Positions 1 through 14,538 of a DNA stretch of 64,000 bases are shown here, in pieces. Numbering within the stretch: position 1 is the first letter of the stretch; each line of letters begins with the position of its first letter. The notes below the pieces were generated by a model. It made no database searches. It was not told the origin of the DNA and worked only from the letters and a program-made list of their open reading frames with translations. This DNA comes from Chrysomallon squamiferum (taxonomy: Eukaryota; Animalia; Mollusca), in NCBI GenBank assembly GCA_012295275.1, contig CM022674.1, positions 13,454,001 to 13,518,000 of the forward strand, read 5' to 3'. The translations under genes and the position numbers were made by a program.

Positions 1-406
1 TGGGGATGTGATATATATATATATATCCAAAAATATACACTGCACTGTAATTTGTAAATTCAAGATGGCCACATTAAAATTTGCTAAAAAAAAACACACA
101 CACACAAAAAATAACGAAGCCGACTCTATCATTATGAATTAGTATGGCTCAGGGTTATGGTCATATTTATTTTGTTGGTTGGTTGAATTTTATTTATTTT
201 TTATTTTTATTTTTTTTAAACTGGATTTTTCCAGAACAATTAGGTTTCTGTATCGATTACTAAACCTCTAATTCTGAGTGCATTGGAAATCGAATCCTCA
301 AAATATTACACAAATACATTTTTCATATTAACAAAATAAAACCAGTTCTTTCTTTTCTTTTTTTTTTTTTTTTTTTTTTTTTTTCCTTTTTTATCTTTTT
401 TTTTTT

Positions 407-437
<31 letters not shown>

Positions 438-1759
438 TTTGACTTCAAAGGCATACATAAATACTGAATCCAAGGTTAAGATTTTCATATTTGATTTTCC
501 CAGCAGATTTTTATTAATTCATGCACATATGACAACTAACGCTTTGCATGATGGGACCATTACAAGACATATCCACCAATGGGAATGAAGGTCATTATTT
601 TACTCTGCAGCTAAATAATTATAGTTCTTGAAATATTCAGATTCAACTGCGATCAAAACCTTAAGTGAATAATTCTGGCGAAAATTTGTCTTTTCATCAG
701 AATGCAATCTTCTGGGTTGAAATGTTTTGAGCAAAGAAACGATACAGATCCGAAACTGAACGCTGAGCAGAGTTGCAGGCAAACTGGATGTAACAGACTC
801 CATGAAGCATGGAAGGGTCGTTTGGTTGTGTCTACTTTCCAAAGGACATAAAGGTACCAAATAAATCAGTCTTTAAATATAATAAAATAAAAGTTTCTTG
901 TTTTAGCCAGCATATTCATATAAGACGTTTGTTATTCTTTTTAACCGATTAGAACCAATGAATATTTTGTGTGTATTTTGCAAAAGACGTTAACGAACAA
1001 AATAAATCACTCTTGAAAATATTACGATATTTTAAAAATCATCTTTTAACCAGTTTATTTATGTTCCACATTTTGGATTATTTCAACCAGTTTTCAGCTT
1101 GGGACCTTTAATAACAACTGTAAGTAAGTGTTTAAAATGTAATATTAAATACAATAAAATAAAAGCTTCGTTTTAGCCACTATGTGATGGCTTAGTTTAA
1201 GCAGTCTTTTGCAAAAACAAAAATAAACAGAGTGCGTTATATAATAGTAACAACAACAACATCATCAACAACAACAACAACAACAATAATAATTCGTTCA
1301 GCTAGGCAACCAAAAAAAAAAAAATGTTGTTCATTTCAGCAGAGAGAAACAAAAAATTATAAAACAGTGGTCGAAATTAAATACAGGGTGGCTCTAAAGG
1401 GGAATAAGTCTAACAGAAATTAAGGTTTCAAACGCGTAAACTGATGAGTAAAAAGAACAGGAGGCCCCAAATGGGTGCACTGTTTAGCTAGTTTCTAAAT
1501 CCTGTCGTACACGATAGGTTCGTGCGCCTCTCTGTAATTACGTTTCACGGAAGTTACGTACGTAATGATGAGATTAAAAGGCAGATAAATAATTAAGAGT
1601 TCGCTGCTTACCTGCTGATGTCTATTGTCGGCGACACTCGTGAAAATAAATAAAATATTTTCTCTGATCGATTTTATATTGACGTCTGCCTCAGCTGCCG
1701 TTGTTTACGTTTGGTTTCTGCATTTTATTTTTATTTATTTTTATTATTTTTATTATTTT

Positions 1760-1797
<38 letters not shown>

Positions 1798-2024
1798 TGA
1801 ATACATGTACAGAGACTAACCAGTTTACATGCATAATTGATCGATGTATTCTAGATATTTTTTACATATTCACTTTCTTTAATAGTTAGTTTTATCATTT
1901 ATAAATTCAATATAATTGTTACATTCTTAATATTAGTCTCAACAACAACAACAACAACAACAACAACAGCAACGGTTATTACTGTTGTTACTGCGGTTGT
2001 GTTATTGCTATTTATTTATTTATT

Positions 2025-2081
<57 letters not shown>

Positions 2082-2422
2082 TGGTTTCAACTATTGTTAT
2101 TATTATTATTAATATTAATATCATTTGGCATGTTTTGTCAAGTTGTTTTTATTTTATTTTATTTTTTTTTTATGTTGGTATAATAATAAATGCATATTGT
2201 TCTTTATTTCCTTTTTTTTTCAAATTAAAATAAATTTTTATGTAATATTATATATCAGTGTAGTACTTTAATCTATACTGAAAGGTGAGTAAGTACATTT
2301 TGTTTGTACTGACTAATCTTTTTGGTAATTTCGAATAGCAAATAAATAACAACAAGAACAAAACTAGTAAATTAATAAATAAATAAACTAAACATTTTAT
2401 ACAAAAATTACAGTTAGCGTAT

Positions 2423-2425
<3 letters not shown>

Positions 2426-2475
<50 letters not shown>

Positions 2476-2554
2476 ATATTATAATGCGCCCTTCATTTTT
2501 GTGTCGTTGCCAAAAACGATGTAATTGTTAGACGACGCTCCCATGCACAAAGGT

Positions 2555-2648
<94 letters not shown>
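2426..2648. repeat. (GT)n, (CA)n and (AG)n microsatellites
   Basis: Direct inspection. Confidence 0.95.
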
Positions 2649-2651
<3 letters not shown>

Positions 2652-3367
2652 AACATGAAGATGTTCAAGTGCACAGTCATACTTAATGAGAATTTCCTTC
2701 TTAAACAGCTCTGACTAAATATTTGTCAGTTTCCGTCACATACTGAGCTTCATAACTGTTTTTATGTGGGCTTTTTTTTTTATAAGTTATAAATAAATCT
2801 TATATCCAAATAATTTATAGTAAATGTGTGTTTAAATTCATTTTATTTTATTTATTATATTCCGGTTAAGAAGAATTATTTTCTCTCACACACACATCCA
2901 GACATATATAAACTGAACTTTTTACATTTAGTAAAATACAAATTTAGTAACAAATAAAATACAGATGCGTAAAATGGATATTTTTAGATCTTTGCCATTA
3001 CCATGTGATTTTGTTATTTACTTTTTTTCGAGAGCTCCTTCGCGAAAATGCACATGATCATGATGCATGTTTTCTTCGGATAACATCGGGTGAAATGACT
3101 GTGTCTTCGGTTTCTTTCCGTATTTTACGTATACTAGTTTGCCGTGTTCGACTGTCTTTAAAGAACGAAGATAACAATATTTTTATTGCCTAATTTTTGC
3201 TAGTTTAGAAATCGAATAACATATTAGTGTATATAAAGTACTGTAAACTGCTGCATAATATTATATACAATAAACTCGTTTAGTAAGATTAAGGAGTAAA
3301 GAAAATCTGTCAGCTTTCGGGCGTTCTCGGAGAATATCGGAGATCAGAAAACATATTTTCTTTCAAA

Positions 3368-3658
3368 ATGGCCGACAGCAGTAAGGTAATGGATGTACCA
3401 TCTACGGTTCAGTTAGAAGATGATAAACCAGTGCAAGAAGGTCAGTTCGTTGGTGCCACGTTAGAAATTAACGGAGGTGAATCCCCAAAGAAGCCTGATA
3501 CTGTGCCAGATGTGGGTTTTGAGGAACCAAATCTAAATCGAGCAAGACCAGGCAGTGTCATCGGTCGCCAGTCGGTAAAATCAACAACAAGCAGAACGTC
3601 CATGCGTCCAGGTGTCACTAAATCCGATGTATCTGCTAAAACATATTTCAGTTATAAG
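3368..3658 (+). CDS. TPRG1L: TPRG1L coding exon 1 (MADSSK...KTYFSYK)
   Basis: ATG in CAAAATGG context, 97 codons, donor AAG|GTTCGA (weak) in phase 0 matching exon 2. Confidence 0.75.
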
Positions 3659-6415
3659 GTTCGAATTTGTATTAATTTATATCAATAGAGAAAGAAAATC
3701 AGCTTTTTTATGTTGGGTTTGTCACTGTTACTTTCAGGACTGTCAACAGAATAGTGGTACAGGTAGTGGTGCTAGAAGATTTTACAATCGATCGATTTCG
3801 TAATTCTTAAATATATATATATATATATATATATATTAAACATTAACTGTTTATAGGAATGTGACTATTTATAAATTTATCATTCTATGTTTCGATACTA
3901 TGCATATTTGGCACTATTATTACTATTCTTTTAAAAATGCACACGTGTGAGAGTGCGTGCGTGTATTACTGCGTGTGACATGTTGTTACTTACCGATAAT
4001 AACTGAGAGAAATCGGGAAACGAAGGAAACAACAATGAGCAGGATTATAAGTATACTATAAGCTGAATAATTATCACTAATAAATCAACGTAAGACGTAT
4101 GCTTTTTACAAATTGCAACTAGCAAGTCAGTTATTTCCCCATTTTGAAAATCATATGAATGAAATTTTGGAACACAAGGATATTTCTTCTTGTTAATATT
4201 GTGTTATTTATTTAGTCATTTATTTATTTATAAATGGTAATTAGATATTACTTCATCTGAATAATTCTGGGTTTGTTATCAGTATTTGTGCCTCTTTGGA
4301 AAGGTAATCGTGAATTTATTCTGGATAATTATTTTGTAAAAATTTGTCATCAGAAATTATAAATTTGTTGAAAGATAATCATAAACCTAAATGAATCAGT
4401 CAAAATCAGCATTGTATAGTTATTTTCCCATTAGGGGGTTTCATAAAATAATCACCACACGCACTGCATTAACCCATATCACCTACAAATCCTAGTGGAA
4501 AATTTAAATTTTAATTGTAATTTGAAAATCCTCATGTACTTACTATGAAAAATACAAGCAGAGTTATGTAGCCTGCATGCCAGCCCACATCACAAACATG
4601 TTTGGAACATTTTCAGCCTGTGGAAGAACATGTTTTGACCAGTTTTGAGAAATTCTGAGTGGTTACCAAATAATCTACTCTGTTTTTTTTTATAAGCATC
4701 GTATCCAATAACACATATAACATTTGAGATGTTAAATTAATTTAATTATATATATGTACATAATTTACAAATATTTTAAGCTTTCAATCAGATACAATGT
4801 AATGGAATTTCAACCAGTATGAAAAATATATATATCAATAGATTAAATTAAATAAATATTTATATATATATATATATACATATATAATTGTACTACTATT
4901 TTAAAGCATAAAAAGTTTGGTTTCAGTCAGTATAAAAAATATAGGTATCAATAGATTAAATAAATATTTATATGTATAAAAATATAGGTATCAATAGATC
5001 AAATAAATATTTGTATGTATATAATTGTACTAATATTTTAAAACGTTATAAGTTTGTCAACAGATTAAATAAAATAAATATTTATATGTATAAATAATAT
5101 TTCAGGCATAGTAAGTTTTTTTCAAATAATGGATTTGCATTTAAATAAATCATATTTTTTTTTAGTAGACTCTATTTTCAAAACACAAGTTTATGGACTG
5201 TAAATAATTATGTAAAAATGCTAAACAGTATGAATTCATTTTATAATTTTTTCATTTTAATATATTTACACTCAATTCATGAAAAAAAAAAAAAAAAGAC
5301 TAAGGTAACAAATAACGGATGTTATTTGGGCTGGGCTTTTCAAAAACTATTTTCATGAAACATTAATGTTTTGACTATAAACAGTATATCTTGTTTGTCA
5401 TAAATAAATAAATGTTTAAAATAAATAATGCATATATTGTTCCTTTTGCCTACATGCATATATATATACACTCACAGACACATGCACACAGTGAATTGAA
5501 TGGGTGCCTTGTGTTGGAGTCTCATCAGCAGAATCTGACAGTTTTGTGAGGTCAAGATTGGACTTTGTCCTTCTGCTTCAGTGTGTTCCCGAATATTGTC
5601 TAAGTGCAGAGTCTAATCAGATGTACATAAGACAGAGAATATTCAAATCCTAAATCTACATACATACATATAATATGTACATACATACAGACATATAATA
5701 TACATACAGACAAGACTGACAGACAGAGGTATTTAAATACAGTTTGTATATTCCAGATGATTTCTAATTATTTCTCATTAAACATAAAACTGTCTTTAAC
5801 AAACACTTTGACCTGTATGGGTTAAATAACAAAATAAAAAATTTGGTACACTTTAATACTCCATTTATTAGAAAATCATTAATAACTAAAATGTTTCAAA
5901 ATTGTTGGCAAACACAACAAATTGTGTAATGTATATCTGTATAGATATAAATATCTCTCTGCTTCTCTCTCACTTCCCAAGGTCATTGTGACTGTAGATA
6001 GAACAAACTCTATTGATTATTTTAACAGCCGTTGCAGGTAGCATGGACCAGACTTTAAAACTCTGACATCTAATCTATACTGATAAGAAATATTTATCAG
6101 ATTAATGTTATGCAAGTCATGAATTTGATGGCAGTTCACATAAAAACGAGTGTGGAATTTTAATTTCATCCTTTGTTGTTGTTTTTATTTTTTTAATTTT
6201 TTTAATTTTTTTAATTTTTTTAACTTCAATTTTAAAATTGTATGTATACAAGTATGTTAAAGAACCTTTTTTTAATTCATGCACAGGATATAGATAAATA
6301 CATGTAATTTTGTCATGCAGCCCAAATAATGATATATGTTACAAATTAATATTTTTATTTATTTATTTATTTTATTTATTTTTATTATCACTGTTTTTTT
6401 TTAATTTATTGATTC

Positions 6416-6460
<45 letters not shown>

Positions 6461-6493
6461 TTTTATTATTACTATTACTCTTACAATTAAATA

Positions 6494-6536
<43 letters not shown>

Positions 6537-6846
6537 TGTTTGTTTGTTTATTTTGAGGCATTTCTTCTGCATTTCAGAAACAAAAAATGAAACTGTAAAT
6601 TATAGATATATCAGTAAAAATTTAGTAGCTACTCTCATGTACAGATACATACACAAAATCTAAATATGTTCATATATTTGTATTAATGTGTGCGTGTGTG
6701 TATCAAGTATTACGTTTATAATGATGATTAACATTATCATTATTATTAATAAGATTATCATCATTATTAATATCATTATTATCAGCATTAACATCATCAT
6801 TATTTTTTATTATTTATTATTGTTATTATTATTGTTGTTATTAATG

Positions 6847-6904
<58 letters not shown>

Positions 6905-7864
6905 TACTATTTTTACATTGCAGGATTCAGCGTTTGAGAGTGCAGTGGAGAAATGCAGGGTGAACATCAAAGAAGAACTGGATGGACAACTGACAGGGGC
7001 GTGGCTTCTCACAGAGTATGAAATAGTTTTATCTTTAAATTTAAAAGCAGTTTGGATATATCTGTCTGTCTGTTTATCTGTGTGTCTGTTTATCTGTGTA
7101 TGTGTATAAATAAATATATGTGTGTTTCTATATGTATGAATATATGTGGATATGTATGTATGTATTTATGTATGTATATACTTATGTTTGTGTGCATGAG
7201 TGTGTGTGTGTGTCGCAGGATTTGCTGATGGAATGTCACTCTCTCCAAACCAAAAACCCCTCTAAATCAAATACCTCTTTAAACCAGATACCTCTCTAAA
7301 TCATACACCTTCCAAAACCAACCTTTTACTTGACTGTTAACCTGTTTGAGGAGAAGCATCACCTTAAATTTTTTTTTTTAAATGTAGATTGAATCATTTG
7401 AGTATGATGATAATTAAATAATTTTAAAAAAAATTTCTCTTGTTTCTGTCTAGGATTGACCACTGGGATATGGAACATGAGAAGGTTTGCATGCTGACAA
7501 ACAACTCGCTGATTGTGTGTAAATACAACTTCATCACACAAAGCGTACTGGAGTACAAGCGCATCATGTTGCACTGCGTGGACACTGTTGTGGTTGGCGA
7601 CTTCAAGTATCCAGACTACTCGCTGATGCCGTAAGTTCTGGTTTTAGTGAATGTAGTAAACAATGCCGTAAGTTCTGGTTTTAGTGAATTTAGTAAACAA
7701 TGCCGTAAGTTCTGGGAGAGATTTGAGTTTTGATGTAGAGTGTAGAAACAGGTATTTTGATGATGTAAAAATATCCCAGATGTTCACTGAGTATTTTATT
7801 TCATTTTGTTTTTTTTTAATTATTATTATCTGTTATGTTTATTCTTTGTTTTTCTTAAATTTTA

Positions 7865-7898
<34 letters not shown>

Positions 7899-8847
7899 TC
7901 TTTATATTTATTTATTTAATGTTTTTTCCATTATTATTTTTTGTCATTGTATTCCTAAATTTTGAGATTTTTTTTTTTTTTTTATTTTTTTATTTATGTA
8001 TTTATTCTTTATATATAAATTGTAACATTATTTATTTATTTAATGTTTTATCACTTTTTTTTTGGGTTATTATATTCCTAAATTTCAAGATTATTATTTT
8101 TTTTTTTATTTAGTTGTTTATTTATTTATCTTTATATATAAATTGTAACATTATTTTTTTATTTAATGTTTTTTCCTTCTTTTTTTTTTGTCATTGTATT
8201 CCTAAATTTCAAGATTATTTATTTTTTGTTTATTTATTTATTTATTTATTTCTCTTTATATATAAATTGTAACATTATTTGTTTATTTAATGTTTTATCC
8301 ATTTTTTAATTTTTTTTTTATATTCCTAAATTTCAAGATTATTATTATTATTTTTATTTATCTTTATACATAAATTGTAACATATTTTATTTTTTAATTT
8401 ATTTTTTTTAACATTGTATTCCTAAATTTCAAGATTATTTATTTATTTTATTTAATGCTACTCTTCTTTCTATTTTCATTATTATGTTGTTTTTTTCCCA
8501 GAGAGAGGGAACATGGAGGAGTACAACTGAGATGGAATCGAGGTCAAGATTTGTCCTTCAGTCAGAAATGGAATCCATTTTCCTCCGACATTCCTTACGC
8601 GACATTCTGCCACCATCCCCTCATCTACAACCCCAAAGAGACGGAGACCATCACCTACAACGTCGACGACTTCTTCGAGTCGCTGGTGCAGGCAACAAGC
8701 CGATGCTATGACGAAAAACGACCGGGCGAGAAGCTGACAGTGATCGAAGGACCCATTCTGATCGAGAGTTACGCCAGCCTGTCGAGTATGATATACAACC
8801 AGAGCGGTATCGGCTTCTTCCGTGACAGGAATGGAGTCAGTTTCTGA
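3368..8847 (+). CDS. TPRG1L: Tumor protein p63-regulated gene 1-like protein (TPRG1L/Mover family, hSac2 domain); join(3368..3658,6924..7015,7454..7630,8502..8847), 301 aa
   Basis: Four GT-AG exons join in frame (phases 0,2,2). Motifs GAWLLTEIDHWDMEHEK and QKWNPFSSDIPYATFCHHP and the C-terminal GFFRDRNGVSF match the TPRG1/TPRG1L family as I recognise it. The neighbourhood agrees. Confidence 0.9.
5501..5628 (+). mobile_element. Short dispersed repeat, copy A (SINE/MITE-like fragment)
   Basis: Matches the reverse complement of 24233-24360 (ATCTGACAG.TTTGTGAGGTC...GGACTTTGTCC...TTCCCGAATATTGTCTA.GTGCAGAGTCT). Confidence 0.7.
6924..7015 (+). CDS. TPRG1L: TPRG1L coding exon 2 (DSAFESAVEKC...GAWLLTE)
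   Basis: Acceptor ttgcag|GAT, donor GA|GTATGA. Confidence 0.88.
7454..7630 (+). CDS. TPRG1L: TPRG1L coding exon 3 (IDHWDMEHEK...YPDYSLMP)
   Basis: Acceptor tgtctag|G, donor CC|GTAAGT. Confidence 0.9.
7626..7715 (+). repeat. 37-bp tandem repeat (about 2.4 copies) containing the TPRG1L exon 3 donor
   Basis: ATGCCGTAAGTTCTGG at 7626, 7663 and 7700. Confidence 0.92.
7820..8450. repeat. Degenerate AT-rich tandem repeat (about 110-120 bp unit) in TPRG1L intron 3
   Basis: Recurring TATTCCTAAATTTCAAGATTATT and TATATAAATTGTAACATTATT blocks. Confidence 0.75.
8502..8847 (+). CDS. TPRG1L: TPRG1L terminal coding exon (EREHGG...RNGVSF*)
   Basis: Acceptor ttttcccag|A, stop TGA at 8845-8847. Confidence 0.9.
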
Positions 8848-11800
8848 TTCGTTTTGTATGTAAAAAGGAAAATACTGTGACTGGTTTTAACAATTTTTAA
8901 AAAAAAAATAATGGTAAAAATATCTTTATGAAGGTGAAATAAGAATAACGATGTAATTATTGTATTGTTATTTATTATTTTTTTATTATTATTATTATTA
9001 TTTTAATAATATAATGAAGTTTGTGTTATATTGACATAATGTTGAGATTATTATTATTATTATTATTATTTTATTTTTTTTAAAATAATATAACGATGTA
9101 AAGTGTTAAATTGACATAGTGATGATATTATTATTATTTCAGATGTTTTTTTGATAACAGTATAAAGATGATGACAGTTTTTATTATTAATATTGCATTT
9201 TTTTTCTTGTTTTCCACAACAAAAAAAATTAAATTGAAATAACTTAATTAGAAAAAAAAAAATCTTTGAAATTAAGTAGATCTAATCCAGACATTTAAAA
9301 CTGAAAAAAAAAAAAAAAATGAGTTTACATTAATAGAAGAGAATTCTTGTTTATTTTTTATTTTTTATGGGTATTACAATAATTAGTATTTTGTCTCCAT
9401 TGTATACTGAAATACGTAAGTACAACCACTTATCAGTAAATTAGTTTTATCAGAAATTTTACTTGTGATGAAACTGAAACAATCAGTTTTAAAACCATGA
9501 TTGTTGCCAAGTTCAAAATATTGAGACACAACCAAGAATTATAGACCTTTGAAAACAAATCAATAATTATTGATTCACAGGAGATTAGCCTTAATCATCA
9601 ATAAAGAATCATGATTATATATATATATATTTATAAATGTATATAATTTGTTTTAAGACTGGGTTTTATTTTAATCAGTCCCTTTATTTATAGATATTTA
9701 GTATATTTTTATGGCTTTGTTGTATCCATGATAAATAATTCTAACCAGAAATTTTCTTACTTTAAGTATTTATTTATTAGCTATATTTAAATATTTGTTG
9801 ATGTTATTCTTTAAAATCTGTATATTTAAATCATTATAATTACACGGTTAATGTGTAATGTAGTTATATTTTAAAATTGTGATAACAAAATGTTTTTTCG
9901 AATTTCTTGACATTTTTTCCTTTGCTCACCATATTGATTGTATTTATTTTATTTTATTATTATCATTTATTTTTGAATTTATTTTCTTTGTAAAAAATCG
10001 AAATTTTCATGTTTTTGCCTAATTTTGAGACATAATATGCGTTTGTTCTTTGATGGATTTTTTTTGGTTGTTGTTATTTAATTATGCTAAAAATAAACTT
10101 GTCCAATTCCCACTGAATTTTTTGTACAAAGATGTGATTAAAATAAAATGGTGTATTTTTTTTTTCTTTATCTCTCTATTGTTTATTTATTTATTTATTT
10201 ATTTATTTTATTTATTTATTTATTTTATTTTATTATTTAGTTGGTTTTTTTTGGGGGGTTGGCTTCTGTAATGTACACAAGTAATTAATTTCTTTTAAAA
10301 CAAATTTTTTAATTTCCAATTAAAAAAGAAACTGAAAAAAAAAAACCATTCTTGTTTTAAATTTTATTCAGAAAATGTGATATTAAAAGCCGCCCACTTA
10401 CTTACTTAAAGAGGTGACCTTAATAAACAAGTGCCCTTTAAAAACAGGTGGTCATTATGCAGGTATTCATACCATAATTAATACATACATTTAGATTTTT
10501 ATTTATCATTTTCAAAAATCTATTATTATTATTGTTATCATTATATGTTTTTAAAAAAAAATTATTTATTATAAATAATGTGAAAATGGTTTGTACAAAT
10601 TTAAAATGTTTTAATATTCAGGATTTTAACATTTCTGCATAAATGTTTATAAAATTAAACACCAAATTTAATATGGTTTTTCATTTGCAGCATATAGAAA
10701 GTTCAGAATAGAAAATTTTGGACATTAATTACTAACATTTTGAATAAAATATTAATTTATAATATACTGAGTTTGAACACATGATTTCATTTCACATAAA
10801 ACTAAAATGCATTACACACACATGCATGCACACACGCATACACATTTACATATACTGCAAGATTAACAACGCAGCACATATATAATAAAACAAGCCTGTG
10901 TACAAAAATTGAAATTTTCAGTATGATTTTTCTCTTAAAAATGCTTGAAACTTTAGTTCTAATCCAGTACAATTTGTTATCATGGAAATAAAATTAAATG
11001 CTCATAATATATAAATAAATATATTTAAAAAGAACATGAACCTGTTCTGCAATATATTTATATTGGCTAATTGAGATTTTACAATTTGTTGTAGATTTTT
11101 TTTTAATAGATATGTTAGGATAGTCATCATTATAATATAGATGTAATCACTGTATGCTTCATATGTATATGTATGTCACAGGTTGGTATAATGTGTTACA
11201 TAGTGTGAAAGCACCTTTAGTTACATTTGTTGATGTTTTGTTTGATTTCCTTTAGTGTTTGTACGTGTGAAAATTATTTAAAAATTAAATGTAAATACTG
11301 TAACATCCTCTATCACATTCATATTATATTCATGTGTAATCATGTACAATTACTCAGATAATTTTGATAACTTACTTATTTTTATTTAATTATTTTTTAC
11401 TTTTTTTTAAAAATATTTTATTGTTTTTTTGTGGGTTTTTAAAATTATTTATTATAAAACAAAATTCTGTTTATAAATGATTATTTAAAAAAAAATTTGT
11501 TGTAATTTCATTGGTTTTAATAATACAGAGTTAGATAATAAAATATATTTCTTTATTGCCTATTAAATATATTACATTTTGAACTCTCTCTCTCTCTCTG
11601 TTCAGATATTTCTGGTAAAGTTCTTTTTTAATTAAATTTTCAGAACATTTTAAAATTACGTATGCTACCAAACTTTAAAGCTGATAGGTCTGTATGTGAT
11701 AAACATAACCTGATAATTGTAGACATTTTGTGATTTCGGGGAACTGATTGAATGGTATAAATCAGTTATGTTGAAATTTGTGAATCAAAATTCCAGTGAA

Positions 11801-12313
11801 AATATTAGTCCCTTTGTGCAGAAGATTTTCTAAAAATAGTTCACTTCATTTTCACGAATAAATTATTTTGAAGAGATAGGAAAATAAATAAATAAATAAA
11901 TAAATAAATAAATATTAATAATACAATATAATATAACATAATATAATGATATGAAATTAAACAAAACCACTTAAATAAATAAATAAATAAATAAATAAAA
12001 AAAAAAATTAAACTAAATGAAAGTAAATTTAAGTAAATGTATTACTAATATTTGACTAGTATAGGCAAGTAAAAGCAGTTATTAAGAGAGTTTTGAAACC
12101 TCTCTCTTACTACTCATTTAGCAAAAGTTTACAGAATCTAATTCTCAGGAACTACATTTTTCCTAACAGGAAAATTAATAAATATGTACTTTTATTATTT
12201 TTTCTTTTCTTCATATTCTGTGATCTCACTGAAATAAAAAAATTAAAACTTTAAAATAGTTTTCTTTTCTTGTATAGTTTGTATAGCTGACATTTTGTGA
12301 AACTGAATTTGTC

Positions 12314-12349
<36 letters not shown>

Positions 12350-14538
12350 TGCAAATGAAATGTGTTTCTAGTGAAAAATAATAAATGATTGGTTAATTAC
12401 TAAACTTCAGTTTGCTTTCTAGACAGGGTAGATTTCAAGACAAATATATATCTTTTTATTTCCTTTATTTAAAATTGAAAGGTTGCTTTATAGTTTTAAT
12501 AGTTTATATTAGTCTTAATGTTCTTTTATAATTAATGTTTCTGCACATATATAAATATTCATCTTTCCATAAATATATATAAATTGATTGTTTAAAAAAA
12601 AAAAGTTTGTAAGTAAAATAACAAGCAAGACAAATAAGATCTGACATTAGTTCATTTAACAGTCTTGTTATTTAATGTAAAATAATTTTGGCACATTTGT
12701 TTAAAACTGAACTGTCAATAAAATCACATTTTGAAAATTAATGTCTCTCACCATCTCAGTACCTTCAGGAATAAACATTAACTAATTGTGTTACTGAAAC
12801 AGATGTGAACAGTAATTTCATTTGAATTCTATTTGTATAATTCTATACATTCATTATTCTAAAAATAAATAAATAAAAAAAGAGTGACAATGCCATTAAG
12901 AATTAAAATTAAAATGCCTTTATCATTTTTATGTGTATTTTATGTTCTGGTGTAAATGTGCAATTGTGTATTTACTGATTTTCTGATTGTGAGTAATCTG
13001 TTATATATGTACATGTGTTTTTGTTTGTATGGTATTTATTGTTTGTATGGTTGTTTTTGTCTGTGTAGATATGTTTAATGCTTTCTTTGTGTATGTGTGT
13101 ATGTTGTGTGTTAGCATATCTGTGTATGTATGTATGTATGTATGTATGAGTGAATGAGTGTATGATTGTATATACACTTTTTTTTTTTTTTTTTGTGTTT
13201 GTGATTTTGGAAAACAGCCTTTATGGTTAAAACTTTCTGCAAGAATGGAAAACAACAATAAATAAATAAATAAATAAATGAAGTTTGTTTATTTTTAATC
13301 TTTTAACTAGAAATTGTGTTTTAATAATAATAAAATAATAATAAAAGCCTGAATATTTCTGTACATAATTGTTATATTTTATTACTAGTAAAAATTGACG
13401 TGAAACACAACAAAACAAATATAAATATTATATAAAATTTATTTCAATATGTAAAAAACATCACAGCATATTTTGTTTATTTTAGTTTTCATACAAATAA
13501 TAAACATACAGGAACAAATAAACACATCATCTTTGTACAGATTTGAAACGAGAATTCAAAACCAATACCAAAATTATTTAAACAGTAAAATATAAATAAC
13601 AGTAGGAATACATTTTTAAATGTTTTGTAATCAGCCAGGAAAATATTGTTTGAAAATAAACAATAGAAATGTTACAATGAATGAATGAAAGTAATGATTT
13701 CTCAGAAAATATCACCAATGTTTGCTTTTATCGGTTAACAACAATCTTTGATAAACATCACACCAATGATAGGAAAATAAAATAACTCAAATTTAGATAA
13801 AAAGTCACTCTCTCTAAAATTAATGGTTTAACATTATAAATTATTTAATAATAAATTAAACTATATATATATATATATAATGTAATTTTTTAATGCATAA
13901 ATTATGAAACCTTTATTTTTATTCAATTTTTTAATGCATAAATTATGAAACCTTTATTTTTATTCAATTTTTTAAGTTCAATTTTAATTACAAAATTTTC
14001 ATCAAATACATGCAGGAAATTATTTGGTTTTAATTGCAGAATTAAATGCTTGAATTTAATTTTGCTCAATAAAGATACACAAAAAATTTATTAATTTTAA
14101 TTACAAAGTTAAAAAAAAGTGGAATTAAATATTTTTATCAAACGAACACAAAAAATTAGTTTTAACTGCAGAATTAAAGTGGAATTAAATTCTGCTAAAA
14201 AAAATATACCACAAAAAAGAAAAGAAGAAAAGGTAAAAGAAAAAAAGATTTTAATAACAAAATTAAACAGCAAACCTCTATATTGTGGGACCAAAGATAC
14301 AAAAAATTTAATTAGGTTTAATTACAAAATTAAAAATGGACGTTGATATTGGTCACTAAGGCATACATCAAATTAATTAATTATTCAGGGTAAAAAAGAA
14401 ATTAATGTATTTTAAATGGCATTGAAATAAAATGGACATAGAGTGGACAGTTTAATTATATAAATATTAAGTCACCAACTGAAAAGCAAACAAATAACCC
14501 ACGTGTAAAATAAGAAGATGATAAACTATTTACAACCT

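Noticed and set aside
540-870. ORF 600..860 (-) and surrounding moderately GC-rich sequence
   Set aside because: No recognisable protein family and no phase-consistent exon pair; may be UTR or a decayed element
1381-1470. TACAGGGTG (Tc1/mariner-like TIR start) and CTGATGAG (hammerhead core word)
   Set aside because: No matching second TIR; no stem II or GAAA geometry for a hammerhead ribozyme
7225-7350. 17-bp CCTCTCTAAACC-like repeats resembling 62190-62292; possible MITE remnants
   Set aside because: Too decayed to define TIRs or TSDs by eye
13884-13975. 41-bp tandem duplication between the TPRG1L and WRAP73 3' ends
   Set aside because: Ordinary AT-rich slippage duplication with no functional cue
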